A stretch of 63,527 nucleotides of DNA from an uncultured bacterium (GTDB lineage: Bacteria; Omnitrophota; Omnitrophia; Omnitrophales; Aquincolibacteriaceae): positions 1 through 63,527 of the forward strand of contig CAYJSI010000008.1 of the NCBI GenBank assembly GCA_964373045.1, read 5' to 3'. Under the pieces are notes generated by a model that was not told where the DNA came from, did no database searches, and was given only the letters and a program-made list of their open reading frames with translations. Below are positions 14,432 through 22,874 of the stretch, one piece after another. The translations under genes were made by a program, and so were the position numbers. The first letter of the stretch is position 1. Each line of letters begins with the position of its first letter.

Positions 14432-15937
14432 TCAGTTTGCCGGCACGCCTTCGGCGGCGAGAATTCTTTCGCGGACCTGATCGCGATAAGAAAGAATGGG
14501 TTTGCGTGCGGCAAGGACTTCATCGGGCCGCCGGATGGGAAGCGTATGAGGGGCCCGCTTCACCTTCTCAGGATCCTCGGCAATTTCCTTCGCAATTTCA
14601 CCCATCACTTCGATGAAGTGATCGAGCGTTTCTTTGCACTCCGTTTCCGTGGGCTCGATCATCAGGGCCTCTTCCACCACCAAGGGAAAGTGCACGGTAG
14701 GGGCGTGAATCCCGAAATCAAGCAGCCTTTTTCCGACATCCCCGGCATGGACCCCGCTTGCCGCCGCCTGCTTCAGGGTCAGTACAAACTCATGCATGCA
14801 GGGTTCGTCCACGGCCAATTGAAAATATTTTTTGAGTTTCTCTTTTAAATAATTGGCATTTAAAATGGCGTCCTCACTCACCTGCTTCAAGCCCGGAAGG
14901 CCGAGCGTCTTGATGTAGACAAAGGCCCTTAAGAGCATGCCCACGTTGCCAAAGAATGATTTCACGCGGCCGATGGAGCGCTCGACATGATAAATCATGC
15001 GGTACTCCGCTCCCCGCTTCTCCACCAGCGGCACGGGAAGAAAAGGGATCAGCCTCTCCTTCACACCCACCGGGCCGGAGCCGGGTCCCCCGCCGCCATG
15101 CGGCGTGGAAAAGGTCTTGTGAAGATTAATATGCATAATATCAAACCCCATGTCGCCCGGCCGGGCAATGCCCAAAAGGGCGTTTAGATTTGCCCCGTCA
15201 TAATAAAGAAGGGCCCCCTTTTCATGCACGCGCTTGGTAACTTTCAGAATATCTTCCTCAAAGAGGCCAAGGGTATTGGGATTCGTGAGCATCAGGCAGG
15301 CTGTCTCGTCATCCAAGTGTTCTTCCAGGACATCAACATCGACCCGCCCCCGCGCGTTTGATTTTAACTCGATCACGTGGTAACCAAAAAGGGCCGCGCT
15401 GGCAGGATTGGTTCCGTGGCTTGAATCCGGGACAAGGACCTTGCGGCGTTTGGTGTCGCCCTTCGCTGCGTGGTAGGCGCGCACCAGCATCATCCCCGTC
15501 AACTCTCCATGCGCCCCAGCCGCCGGCTGAAGCGTAAATCGATCCATGCCCGTAATCGTTTTAAGCGCCTCCTCCAGCTCATAAATCACCTGAAGGATGC
15601 CCTGCGAGAGAGATTCCGGCTGCATGGGGTGCACCGATGCAAAGCGGTCAAGGGCCGCCGCCCATTCGTTGATCTTGGGGTTGTATTTCATGGAACAGCT
15701 CCCCAGCGGATAAAAATGGGTATCGATGGAAAAATTCTTTTTAGAGAGATTGACGAAATGCCGCACAATTTCGGGCTCCGTAAGCTCCGGAAACAAGAGC
15801 GGGCGCTTGCGGCGCAGGTTTTCCGGAATGGCCTCTAGAATTTTTTTTCCGTAATAGCGCGAGGCCGGGAGCTTGGCACCGCGTCTGCCGCTCTGACTCT
15901 TTTCAAAGCTGAGGCGGCTGTCTGGGTTGGCTAGCAT
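14432..15937 (-). CDS. gcvPB: Glycine dehydrogenase (decarboxylating) subunit 2
   Basis: 501 aa; PLP-enzyme block DIMHINLHKTFSTPHGGGGPG; 7-nt overlap with gcvPA. Confidence 0.95.
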   Translation of the reverse strand: MLANPDSRLSFEKSQSGRRGAKLPASRYYGKKILEAIPENLRRKRPLLFPELTEPEIVRHFVNLSKKNFSIDTHFYPLGSCSMKYNPKINEWAAALDRFASVHPMQPESLSQGILQVIYELEEALKTITGMDRFTLQPAAGAHGELTGMMLVRAYHAAKGDTKRRKVLVPDSSHGTNPASAALFGYHVIELKSNARGRVDVDVLEEHLDDETACLMLTNPNTLGLFEEDILKVTKRVHEKGALLYYDGANLNALLGIARPGDMGFDIMHINLHKTFSTPHGGGGPGSGPVGVKERLIPFLPVPLVEKRGAEYRMIYHVERSIGRVKSFFGNVGMLLRAFVYIKTLGLPGLKQVSEDAILNANYLKEKLKKYFQLAVDEPCMHEFVLTLKQAAASGVHAGDVGKRLLDFGIHAPTVHFPLVVEEALMIEPTETECKETLDHFIEVMGEIAKEIAEDPEKVKRAPHTLPIRRPDEVLAARKPILSYRDQVRERILAAEGVPAN

Positions 15938-17268
15938 CGGGAAAGCGCCTCCACGAATCGATCGAGGTCCTCTTTTGTTTTCGTTTCCGTCGCGCAGAGC
16001 AGAAATTCATTTTTCATTTCCGGATAAAATTGCGCAAGGTCGATCCCGGCAAAGATCTGCTCACCCAGCAATTTTTCCTGAACGTGAGCAAAGGGTTTCT
16101 CGGAACGGACCTTGAATTCATTAAAAAGGGTGACGCCCATCTCGACCTGAAATCCCTTCAGCCTCGAAATCTTTTCTCTTAAATAATAGGCCCGGTCCAT
16201 ATTAATCTCGCCCACCTCAAACATTCCCTGTTTTCCGAGAAGCGTCATGTAAACACAGGCGGCCAGGGCGCAAAGGGCCTGGTTCGTACATATATTAGAG
16301 GCCGCCCGCTCGCGGCGGATATGCTGTTCGCGGGCCTGGAGCGTCAAACAAAACGCCCGCTTGCCTTCGGAGTCCACAGTAAGACCCGCGAGGCGGCCCG
16401 GGATCCTGCGCATGAGGGCTCGCGTTGCGGCAAAATAGCCCAAATAAGGGCCGCCGAATTGAGGCGGGATCCCGAGCGGCTGGCCTTCTCCCACGGCCAC
16501 GTCCACCCCCCATTCCCCGGGTGATTTTAAAACCGCGAGCGACAAGGGATGAGAGGCCATGATTAAAAGCGCGCCCGCGCGGTGAAGTTCCTCGCTCACC
16601 CCTTCAAGATTTTCCACCACGCCTAAAAAATTCGGGCTTTGAAAAATGGCCCCCGCCGTTTCCTTTGAGATGAGGGAGGAAAATTTCTCGCGATCAAAGG
16701 AGCCGTCTTTTGAAAAATGAAACTCCTCCACAGAGTAGGGCGTGCCCTCCAAATAAGTTTTGAGAACGCGGCGGTAATGGGGGTGAATGGCTTGGGCCAC
16801 TAAGATTTTTGTGCGATCCGTATGCCGAAGCGCAAGCAGGGCCGCCTCCGCCATGCTGGTGGCCCCGTCATAATGCGAGGCATTGGAAACATCGAGGCCC
16901 GTCAGCTCGGTGATCAAACTTTGATATTCGTAAATCGCCTGAAGAGTTCCCTGTGAGGCCTCCGGCTGGTAGGGGGTGTAGGCCGTGTAAAACTCGTGTC
17001 GGCCCGTGATCTGAGCCACGGCAGCGGGAATGAAATGCTCGTAGCTCCCGCCCCCCAGAAAGGAGAGATGGGTCTTGGAATGGGCATTTTTAGCGCCAAG
17101 CTTGCTTAGGAGTGATTGGATTTCAAGCTCGCTCAATCCATCCGGCAAATCAATTTTGGGGTTGCGAAGTTCGCGCGGAACTCCTTTCAGAAGGTCTTCA
17201 AAGGAGGAAACGCCGATTTCCTTCAGCATAACCTCTTTATCGTTTTTAGTTAAGGGGTGATAGTGCAT
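15931..17268 (-). CDS. gcvPA: Glycine dehydrogenase (decarboxylating) subunit 1
   Basis: 445 aa; typical GcvPA sequence (FLGGGSYEHFIPAAV, YTPYQPE); operon context. Confidence 0.95.
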   Translation of the reverse strand: MHYHPLTKNDKEVMLKEIGVSSFEDLLKGVPRELRNPKIDLPDGLSELEIQSLLSKLGAKNAHSKTHLSFLGGGSYEHFIPAAVAQITGRHEFYTAYTPYQPEASQGTLQAIYEYQSLITELTGLDVSNASHYDGATSMAEAALLALRHTDRTKILVAQAIHPHYRRVLKTYLEGTPYSVEEFHFSKDGSFDREKFSSLISKETAGAIFQSPNFLGVVENLEGVSEELHRAGALLIMASHPLSLAVLKSPGEWGVDVAVGEGQPLGIPPQFGGPYLGYFAATRALMRRIPGRLAGLTVDSEGKRAFCLTLQAREQHIRRERAASNICTNQALCALAACVYMTLLGKQGMFEVGEINMDRAYYLREKISRLKGFQVEMGVTLFNEFKVRSEKPFAHVQEKLLGEQIFAGIDLAQFYPEMKNEFLLCATETKTKEDLDRFVEALSRC

Positions 17269-17283
17269 TAAGCGTCAACCATC

Positions 17284-17345
17284 GTAGGGGCCGACCTGCG
17301 TGTCGGCCCGTGGTCAAACGGGCGGACACACGGGTCCGCCCCTAC
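17284..17345. repeat. REP-like element family A, intergenic (opposite orientation to the 13021 copy)
   Basis: GTAGGGGCCGACctgcgtGTCGGCCC ... GGGCGGACacacggGTCCGCCCCTAC. It lies between the gcvPA start and gcvH. The gcvH stop codon sits in its terminal CCCCTAC. Confidence 0.8.
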
Positions 17346-17731
17346 TTTATTTCCTGTTTAAGGTGTGACTCATACGCCTCTGCGGTCATGAGGTTACTCC
17401 ACTCGGCCGCATTTGTGATTTCCATCTCAAAAAACCAGCCGTCCCCGTAGCAATCCTGATTCACGAGCGCGGGGTTAGTCTCAAGGGCGTTATTGGCCTT
17501 CATAATCTGCCCCGACATGGGGGCATAGATATCAAAGGCCGCCTTCACGGACTCGACAACTGCAATGGGTTTGCCTTGCTGGCCCGCCCGCCCAATCTTG
17601 GGCAGTTCAACAAAGACAACATCCGATATTTCCTTCTGGGCGTAATCGGTGATGCCGACTTTCAAGCGGTTTCCATCCAGACGCGCCCATTCGTGGGATT
17701 TGGTGTAGCAACATTCTTTGGGGAAATTCAT
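17342..17731 (-). CDS. gcvH: Glycine cleavage system H protein
   Basis: 129 aa; lipoyl-lysine motif VESVKAA; WFFEMEI C-terminal block. Confidence 0.95.
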   Translation of the reverse strand: MNFPKECCYTKSHEWARLDGNRLKVGITDYAQKEISDVVFVELPKIGRAGQQGKPIAVVESVKAAFDIYAPMSGQIMKANNALETNPALVNQDCYGDGWFFEMEITNAAEWSNLMTAEAYESHLKQEIK

Positions 17732-17743
17732 GATCCATTCTCC

Positions 17744-18841
17744 TTATGATTTCTGTCTCTTATAAAATGGCAATTTCACAATTTTTGCCTTCAAAGAATG
17801 ATCTCTGACGATGATTTCGATTTCATTTCCAAGAGCCGCCACATCCACGGCAACGTACCCCATCCCGATATTTTTCTTGAGGGTGGGTGAAAAACTCCCG
17901 CTCGTCACCTTTCCGATAGCGCGTCCCTTTTTTTGGATTTCATAATCCTGACGAGGGATCCCGCGCTCGATCATTTCAAATCCGACCAGCTTGCGTTTCA
18001 CCCCGTTTTCTTTTTGCTTGGCAAGGGCATCGCGCCCTATAAAGGAAGGCTTGCTTAAATCCACCGCCCACCCGAGTCCGGCCTCAAGCGGCGTCGTGTC
18101 ATCCTTTAAATCATGACCGTACAAGGGCATGCCGGCTTCAAGACGGAGCGTATCGCGTGACCCAAAGCCGACGGGGAGAAGGCCCCCATCTTTTCCCGCT
18201 GACACCAGGGCCTCCCAAACGCAGGGAAGATCCTTCTGATCCACCATGATTTCAAAACCATCTTCCCCTGTATAGCCCGTTCTCGCGATCATGCCGCTCG
18301 ACCATTCTTTAAAATGATAATAGGGAAGGGCCGAAAAACCTGCCCCGTAAGCGCGCTGAAGGATTTCGGCGCTCCTGGGCCCCTGAAGGGCGAGGAGCCC
18401 CTTAGAATCGCTTCGATCCTCAAACTCGACTCCTTGGGGGACATGAGATTCGATCCAGCGGTAATCTTTTTCGATATTGCCGGCGTTCACGATCAAAAGA
18501 AAGCCGCATTCCGCAAAGCGGTAAACAATAATATCATCAATAATCCCACCCCGTTCATGAAGGAGGGGCATGTAAAGGGCCTGCCCGACTTTCATGCCGG
18601 CCACACGCCTCGGGAGCAACCCCTCAAGAAAGTCAGGTGCCCCGAGGCCGCTCACCCAAAACTCACCCATGTGCGAGATGTCAAAGAGCCCGGAGCGAGC
18701 GCGCACCGCCTCATGCTCCTCGAGAATGCCGGTGTAATAAAGCGGCACTTCCCAAACACCAAAGGCGCCGAATTTAGCTCCCTTCTCGACATGTTTGGAG
18801 TGAAGGGGGAGCTGCTGGATATTTCCCGATCCCGCGGTCAT
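17744..18841 (-). CDS. gcvT: Aminomethyltransferase (glycine cleavage T protein)
   Basis: 365 aa; LFDISHMGEF, ARTGYTGEDGFEI motifs. Confidence 0.95.
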   Translation of the reverse strand: MTAGSGNIQQLPLHSKHVEKGAKFGAFGVWEVPLYYTGILEEHEAVRARSGLFDISHMGEFWVSGLGAPDFLEGLLPRRVAGMKVGQALYMPLLHERGGIIDDIIVYRFAECGFLLIVNAGNIEKDYRWIESHVPQGVEFEDRSDSKGLLALQGPRSAEILQRAYGAGFSALPYYHFKEWSSGMIARTGYTGEDGFEIMVDQKDLPCVWEALVSAGKDGGLLPVGFGSRDTLRLEAGMPLYGHDLKDDTTPLEAGLGWAVDLSKPSFIGRDALAKQKENGVKRKLVGFEMIERGIPRQDYEIQKKGRAIGKVTSGSFSPTLKKNIGMGYVAVDVAALGNEIEIIVRDHSLKAKIVKLPFYKRQKS

Positions 18842-18852
18842 GATCGGAGGAC

Positions 18853-18880
18853 ATTATAAAAGGGACGAGTGAAATTGCAA
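18853..18880 (-). promoter_or_regulatory. Candidate sigma70-type promoter for gcvT (TTGCAA-16-TATAAT), with the -10 box only 11 nt from the ATG
   Basis: Minus-strand TTGCAA (18880-18875) and TATAAT (18858-18853). No Shine-Dalgarno sequence lies between it and ATG 18841. Confidence 0.35.
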
Positions 18881-18886
18881 TGCAAA

Positions 18887-18970
18887 AGTCCGCAGTCCAT
18901 AGTCCGTCGTCAAAAAAAAGAACGGCGGTTATTTTTAAAACTGCGAACTGTCGACTGTCGACCGTGGACT
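18887..18970. repeat. Long imperfect inverted repeat in the ftsA-gcvT intergenic region (possible terminator/REP)
   Basis: agtccgcagtccatagtccgtcgtc ... actgcgaactgtcgactgtcgaccgtggact. The arms are partly complementary and flank an A/T-rich centre. Confidence 0.5.
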
Positions 18971-20216
18971 AGAAGTACGAGGAGAACCAGTCGCGGGCGG
19001 AGGCAAATGTCTTTTCGAGAAATCCGGAAGGGGAAAAAAAACGTTTTTGCTCTTGGGCGTTCAGTGAAAGCCAGCGGAAAAGACCCAGGGCGCCAGCCAT
19101 CGAAGGGTCCACCAAGAGCTCGGTCGGGGCCTCCATTTTTCGCGCCGTGCCGATGCGGGCATCTTTTGAAAACTGCCGGTGAAGATACTCCAAAAAACCA
19201 TCCATCGAAATGCCGCCGCCGGTGAACACAAAATGCGGGAAAAGCACGCCCTCTTCTTTGGAGTAACACTCCACCTCCCCAAGAATTTTCTCCGTCCAGT
19301 TTTTGACCTGAGTGAGAAATTTCTCCTGAAATTCCTGACGGCGCATCTGATGGTTGGCCTTTCCGTTTCGCTCAACCGTGGGAATTAATTCCCCCCCGAA
19401 ACTCGCGGGGCCTTCAAGAGAGCCGTATCGTTCCTTGAGCTTGGCGGCATCGCAGGCCTCAATCTCCAGGCCCTTGGCGAGCTCGCCGATCAGCCATTGA
19501 TTCCCCCAGGGGAGGGCGCGGGTCCCGAGCATGGAACCATTCTTCCAAAGAATGAGATGGGTATGGTCCTGGGCTACATCGACGATCGCAGCTCCTTCCT
19601 CTTTTTCCATTTCGGTTAAGACCGCCGCCGAAACCGTGAGGGTTTTGGGAAAATAATTTTCGATTTCGATTTCGGCGACTTCAAAGGCGCGTGAAATATT
19701 CTTAAATTCCTGAAAACTCATGGTAGAAATTTCAAGGTTAACGCTTAAGCGGTGCGCCTCAAGGCCTAAGGGATTACGGATATTCGCCGTATCGTTCACT
19801 GTAAACGATTCGGGAATGGCCTGCAGGACAAATTCCGAAAGGGGCAGCGTGGCCACACTCCGCGTCTGATCAACAACGGAGCGGATCTCCTGCGCCGTAA
19901 GGGAGCGCTGGATCCCCTGATAATACTGCGAGCTTGCAAAATGGTAGGTCTTCAGCTTTTGATTCCCGAGGACGGCATAAAAAACTGCATCGTTGAAGTT
20001 AGAGGTGGGGTCGAGTGCTTTCAAAACGGCTTGAAGGGAGGACGACGCCTTTTCTAAATGCGTCACCAGACCATTTTGAAAGCCCTCGGGTTGAAGATTG
20101 CGGGCAAAGCGGGTCACGCGGGGCTCCCCCTGCCCCGCGATCCCCTCCAGCGCAATCAGCTTACGGGTCCCCACATAAATGACGATCTCGCGATTCGCCT
20201 CACCCGCTTGATTCAT
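18969..20216 (-). CDS. ftsA: Cell division protein FtsA
   Basis: 415-aa actin-fold-like sequence directly after ftsQ (3-nt gap). Confidence 0.88.
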   Translation of the reverse strand: MNQAGEANREIVIYVGTRKLIALEGIAGQGEPRVTRFARNLQPEGFQNGLVTHLEKASSSLQAVLKALDPTSNFNDAVFYAVLGNQKLKTYHFASSQYYQGIQRSLTAQEIRSVVDQTRSVATLPLSEFVLQAIPESFTVNDTANIRNPLGLEAHRLSVNLEISTMSFQEFKNISRAFEVAEIEIENYFPKTLTVSAAVLTEMEKEEGAAIVDVAQDHTHLILWKNGSMLGTRALPWGNQWLIGELAKGLEIEACDAAKLKERYGSLEGPASFGGELIPTVERNGKANHQMRRQEFQEKFLTQVKNWTEKILGEVECYSKEEGVLFPHFVFTGGGISMDGFLEYLHRQFSKDARIGTARKMEAPTELLVDPSMAGALGLFRWLSLNAQEQKRFFSPSGFLEKTFASARDWFSSYF

Positions 20217-20219
20217 GTC

Positions 20220-21035
20220 TCACCTTTTTCGCTTCACGATGACGTTATCAAATTGCAAGTCGATGTAATCGATCCGGCTGCGGTCCTCTTCACGAAGCAG
20301 CCTCATGGCCTTCTCAAGCGCCCCAAAGCGCTCAAGTGGTTGACGCCCAAGGAGTATCACAGGGCCCCCGACTAAGGTCACTTTCACATTTCCATGCCGG
20401 TCAAAACCTAATTTGGCCAGGCTCTCTTCCCGTGCAAACGGATGCTCCGAAAAAGCCTTGGCAAAGCGAATGGCCTGATCAAGTCCTGCGTGACGGATCT
20501 CGCGGCCAATGGGCTGATCCTTGATCCCCGACCCAAAGCCCTCGATCAAAGTGAGCGCCAGCACACGCTCTCTCGAAATATTCAAAATCATGCCGTCTAA
20601 AGAAATTTCTGCGTAGCTCCCGCGAGGAATCGATTGGAGCTGGGCAAACAGCTCACGCTTGATGAATGCGATCTCCAAGGTTGAGGGAAGACGCCGAACC
20701 ACCCGGGCTTCTTCAATTTGTGTATCGCGCTCGAGCTCCCGCGCAAGTTTCTTAAGATCCATTTGCAATATATTTTTTCCGATGAGACGCGATTCGAGCT
20801 CCTGACGTTTGGGGATGCTAAGCGTTTGCGCCGGCACGACAACGATTTTATCCACCTTGAAACTTAAGTCCGCAAAAAGCGCTCCTCGAACCCCGAAGAA
20901 GACAACCGCGAGTCCTAGCATCACCGCTAAAAAAGGCAAACCCCGGAAAAGACCCTCCGCCAGGATCGAGCATGCAGATCCTACGGCGGCGAAGGAACCG
21001 TTTTTTCCCGACTTTTTACGCTTTTTCTTTCCCAT
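20220..21035 (-). CDS. ftsQ: Cell division protein FtsQ (POTRA domain)
   Basis: 271 aa; N-terminal TM segment, then a POTRA-like FKVDKIVVV..; position between ddl and ftsA. Confidence 0.85.
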   Translation of the reverse strand: MGKKKRKKSGKNGSFAAVGSACSILAEGLFRGLPFLAVMLGLAVVFFGVRGALFADLSFKVDKIVVVPAQTLSIPKRQELESRLIGKNILQMDLKKLARELERDTQIEEARVVRRLPSTLEIAFIKRELFAQLQSIPRGSYAEISLDGMILNISRERVLALTLIEGFGSGIKDQPIGREIRHAGLDQAIRFAKAFSEHPFAREESLAKLGFDRHGNVKVTLVGGPVILLGRQPLERFGALEKAMRLLREEDRSRIDYIDLQFDNVIVKRKR

Positions 21036-22012
21036 CAGGGGCGTCTTCCCTTTCTTTTCATCTTAAGACCGCGACGATAGGCCGCCTCGACCAATCGGTA
21101 ACAAAGCTCTTCGAATGAGATGCCCGCAGCACGGGCCGCTTTGGGCAGCAAACTTAACTCCGTAAAACCAGGTATGGAGTTCACTTCAAGGACATACGGC
21201 CTTCCTTTTTCATCCGTCATGATATCCACGCGCGAAAAATCGCGAAGCCCGAGCGCCCGATGGGCTTTCAGGGCCATCCTTTGAAGTTTCCTCGTCAGGA
21301 CGGGCGTTATCGGGGCCGGGACCAGGTAATCGGTCATCCCTTTTGTATATTTAGCGCGGTAATCATAAAACGCGCGCCGAGGCTTAAGCTCGATCACGGG
21401 AAGCGGTCTTCGGCCCAACACCCCCACCGTGAATTCACGGCCTTGAATCTTCTTTTCGACCAAAAGGCGGCCGTAGGTCCGGACGGCGCTGTATAGTTTT
21501 TCGGCGGATTTTGACAAATCTTCAACCGAAAATGCACCCACACTTGAACCTTCACGCACGGGTTTGACAAAAAGAGGCGCGGGAATCCTCCTCAGCCTAT
21601 TTTTATAGTTCGAGGGACGAATCAAGACATAGGGAGGCGTCGAAATACCCGATCGACTGAAAATTTTCTTGGCCAGGTTTTTATCGAAGGCCCGCCGGCT
21701 GGCAACGGGGTCGGAACCGACGTAAGGAATCCCGGAGCGCTCGAGACGGCGCTGGATTTTTCCGTCTTCACCGCCCTCGCCGTGCAGGGCAATGAAAACA
21801 AGGTCGACGGTTTTAAGGCCTCGGGTGAAGGGGCCCGCCTTGGCGGGGTCGAGGACGAGGGTCGTGAATCCGATCCGCCTGAGGGCGCGATTGACAGCAC
21901 GGGCCGAGCGAATGGAGATTATTCTTTCCGAAGAAGATCCTCCAGAGAGGACACCCAGCTTAAGCTTTTTCGATAATGCGAACTTCAGGTTCGAGTTTGA
22001 TTCCCGTGCCAT
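21035..22012 (-). CDS. ddl: D-alanine--D-alanine ligase
   Basis: LKLGVLSGGSSSERIISIRSA, FIALHGEGGEDGKIQ, and an ATP-grasp C-terminal half. Confidence 0.93.
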   Translation of the reverse strand: MARESNSNLKFALSKKLKLGVLSGGSSSERIISIRSARAVNRALRRIGFTTLVLDPAKAGPFTRGLKTVDLVFIALHGEGGEDGKIQRRLERSGIPYVGSDPVASRRAFDKNLAKKIFSRSGISTPPYVLIRPSNYKNRLRRIPAPLFVKPVREGSSVGAFSVEDLSKSAEKLYSAVRTYGRLLVEKKIQGREFTVGVLGRRPLPVIELKPRRAFYDYRAKYTKGMTDYLVPAPITPVLTRKLQRMALKAHRALGLRDFSRVDIMTDEKGRPYVLEVNSIPGFTELSLLPKAARAAGISFEELCYRLVEAAYRRGLKMKRKGRRP

Positions 22013-22874
22013 CCAAAACCGCTTGTTGAATTTTAGTCATGAGTTCAATGACGTCTGAACTTTTCGCGCCGCCGGCATTGATAATGTAATTACCGTGAAG
22101 CTCCGAGACCTTCGCCCCGCCGACCCGCATCCCCTTCAGCTCCAAACGCTCTATCAGCTGCCCGGCACTCGGGGTTGGCGGAAGCGGATTCTTAAAAACG
22201 GAGCCGGAGCTCGGGTGTTTTAAATCCTGCTTTGAATTGCGATATTCAAAATTGGCCTGAACTTCTTTTTCAATTTCTTCGCTCCTCCGCCGCCAGACTT
22301 TTAAGGTTGCGCTGAGAATAATTTTACCGTTTAAATTCGATCGTCGGTAGGAGAAATCGAGATCCGATTGCAAGAGGGTTTCTTTTTTACCGTTCGGCTG
22401 CAGCACGGTCACTTCTTCGATGAGATCCCCGATCTCATTTCGCTGACCGGGAAAGCGGCTGAAACCGGCATTCATGATGAGCGCCCCTCCCAGCGTACCG
22501 GGGACATTCGCCAGAAATTCAATGCCGCCCATTCCTTTGTCGCGGCAGACCAGCACCAGCCGGTAAAGGTAAATGCCGCTTGAGGCCGTCACTCGGAGTC
22601 CTTCCGGATCGAATTCAATGCGATCCTGCTCATAATGAATGAGGGTAACAACAAGGCCCGGATAGCCCTCGTCTTGAAAAAGGACATTGGAGCCCTTTCC
22701 CAGAATCATCCAGGGGATATTTTCGTGGCGGGCAAAGTCAAGGAGCTCGATGAGCTCCTCTTCACGGGTCGGCTCGGCAAAATAGGTTGCCGGCCCTCCC
22801 ACTTGCATAGTGCAGTAACGCGCCAGGCTAACGTTATGCCTGAGCGAGGTCTTTAAATCGGTTCGCAAACTCAT
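21960..22874 (-). CDS. murB: UDP-N-acetylenolpyruvoylglucosamine reductase
   Basis: MQVGGPATYF..ILGKGSNVLF; FAD-binding MurB pattern. Confidence 0.93.
   Translation of the reverse strand: MSLRTDLKTSLRHNVSLARYCTMQVGGPATYFAEPTREEELIELLDFARHENIPWMILGKGSNVLFQDEGYPGLVVTLIHYEQDRIEFDPEGLRVTASSGIYLYRLVLVCRDKGMGGIEFLANVPGTLGGALIMNAGFSRFPGQRNEIGDLIEEVTVLQPNGKKETLLQSDLDFSYRRSNLNGKIILSATLKVWRRRSEEIEKEVQANFEYRNSKQDLKHPSSGSVFKNPLPPTPSAGQLIERLELKGMRVGGAKVSELHGNYIINAGGAKSSDVIELMTKIQQAVLDGTGIKLEPEVRIIEKA

Noticed and set aside
14290-14523. 77-aa minus-strand ORF spanning the AT-rich inverted repeat.
   Set aside because: It overlaps the gcvPB 3' end, is low-complexity (KKK/EEQK), and is explained by the repeat. 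It is unlikely to be coding.
18314-18859. 181-aa plus-strand ORF antisense to gcvT. Similar antisense or alternate-frame ORFs occur at 8417-8836, 11955-12374, 25769-26347, 39597-40109, 46342-46917 and 62551-63024.
   Set aside because: They lie wholly inside well-supported genes on the opposite strand or in another frame. Their composition is Arg/Gly/Pro-rich shadow-ORF-like and no family was recognised.
18842-18968. Glycine riboswitch upstream of gcvT.
   Set aside because: The 127-nt spacer lacks the conserved glycine-aptamer motifs that I can recall (GGAGAG...CACCG...GGGGCAA-like blocks). It contains a promoter-like element only 11 nt from the ATG. This needs an Rfam scan to be definitive.
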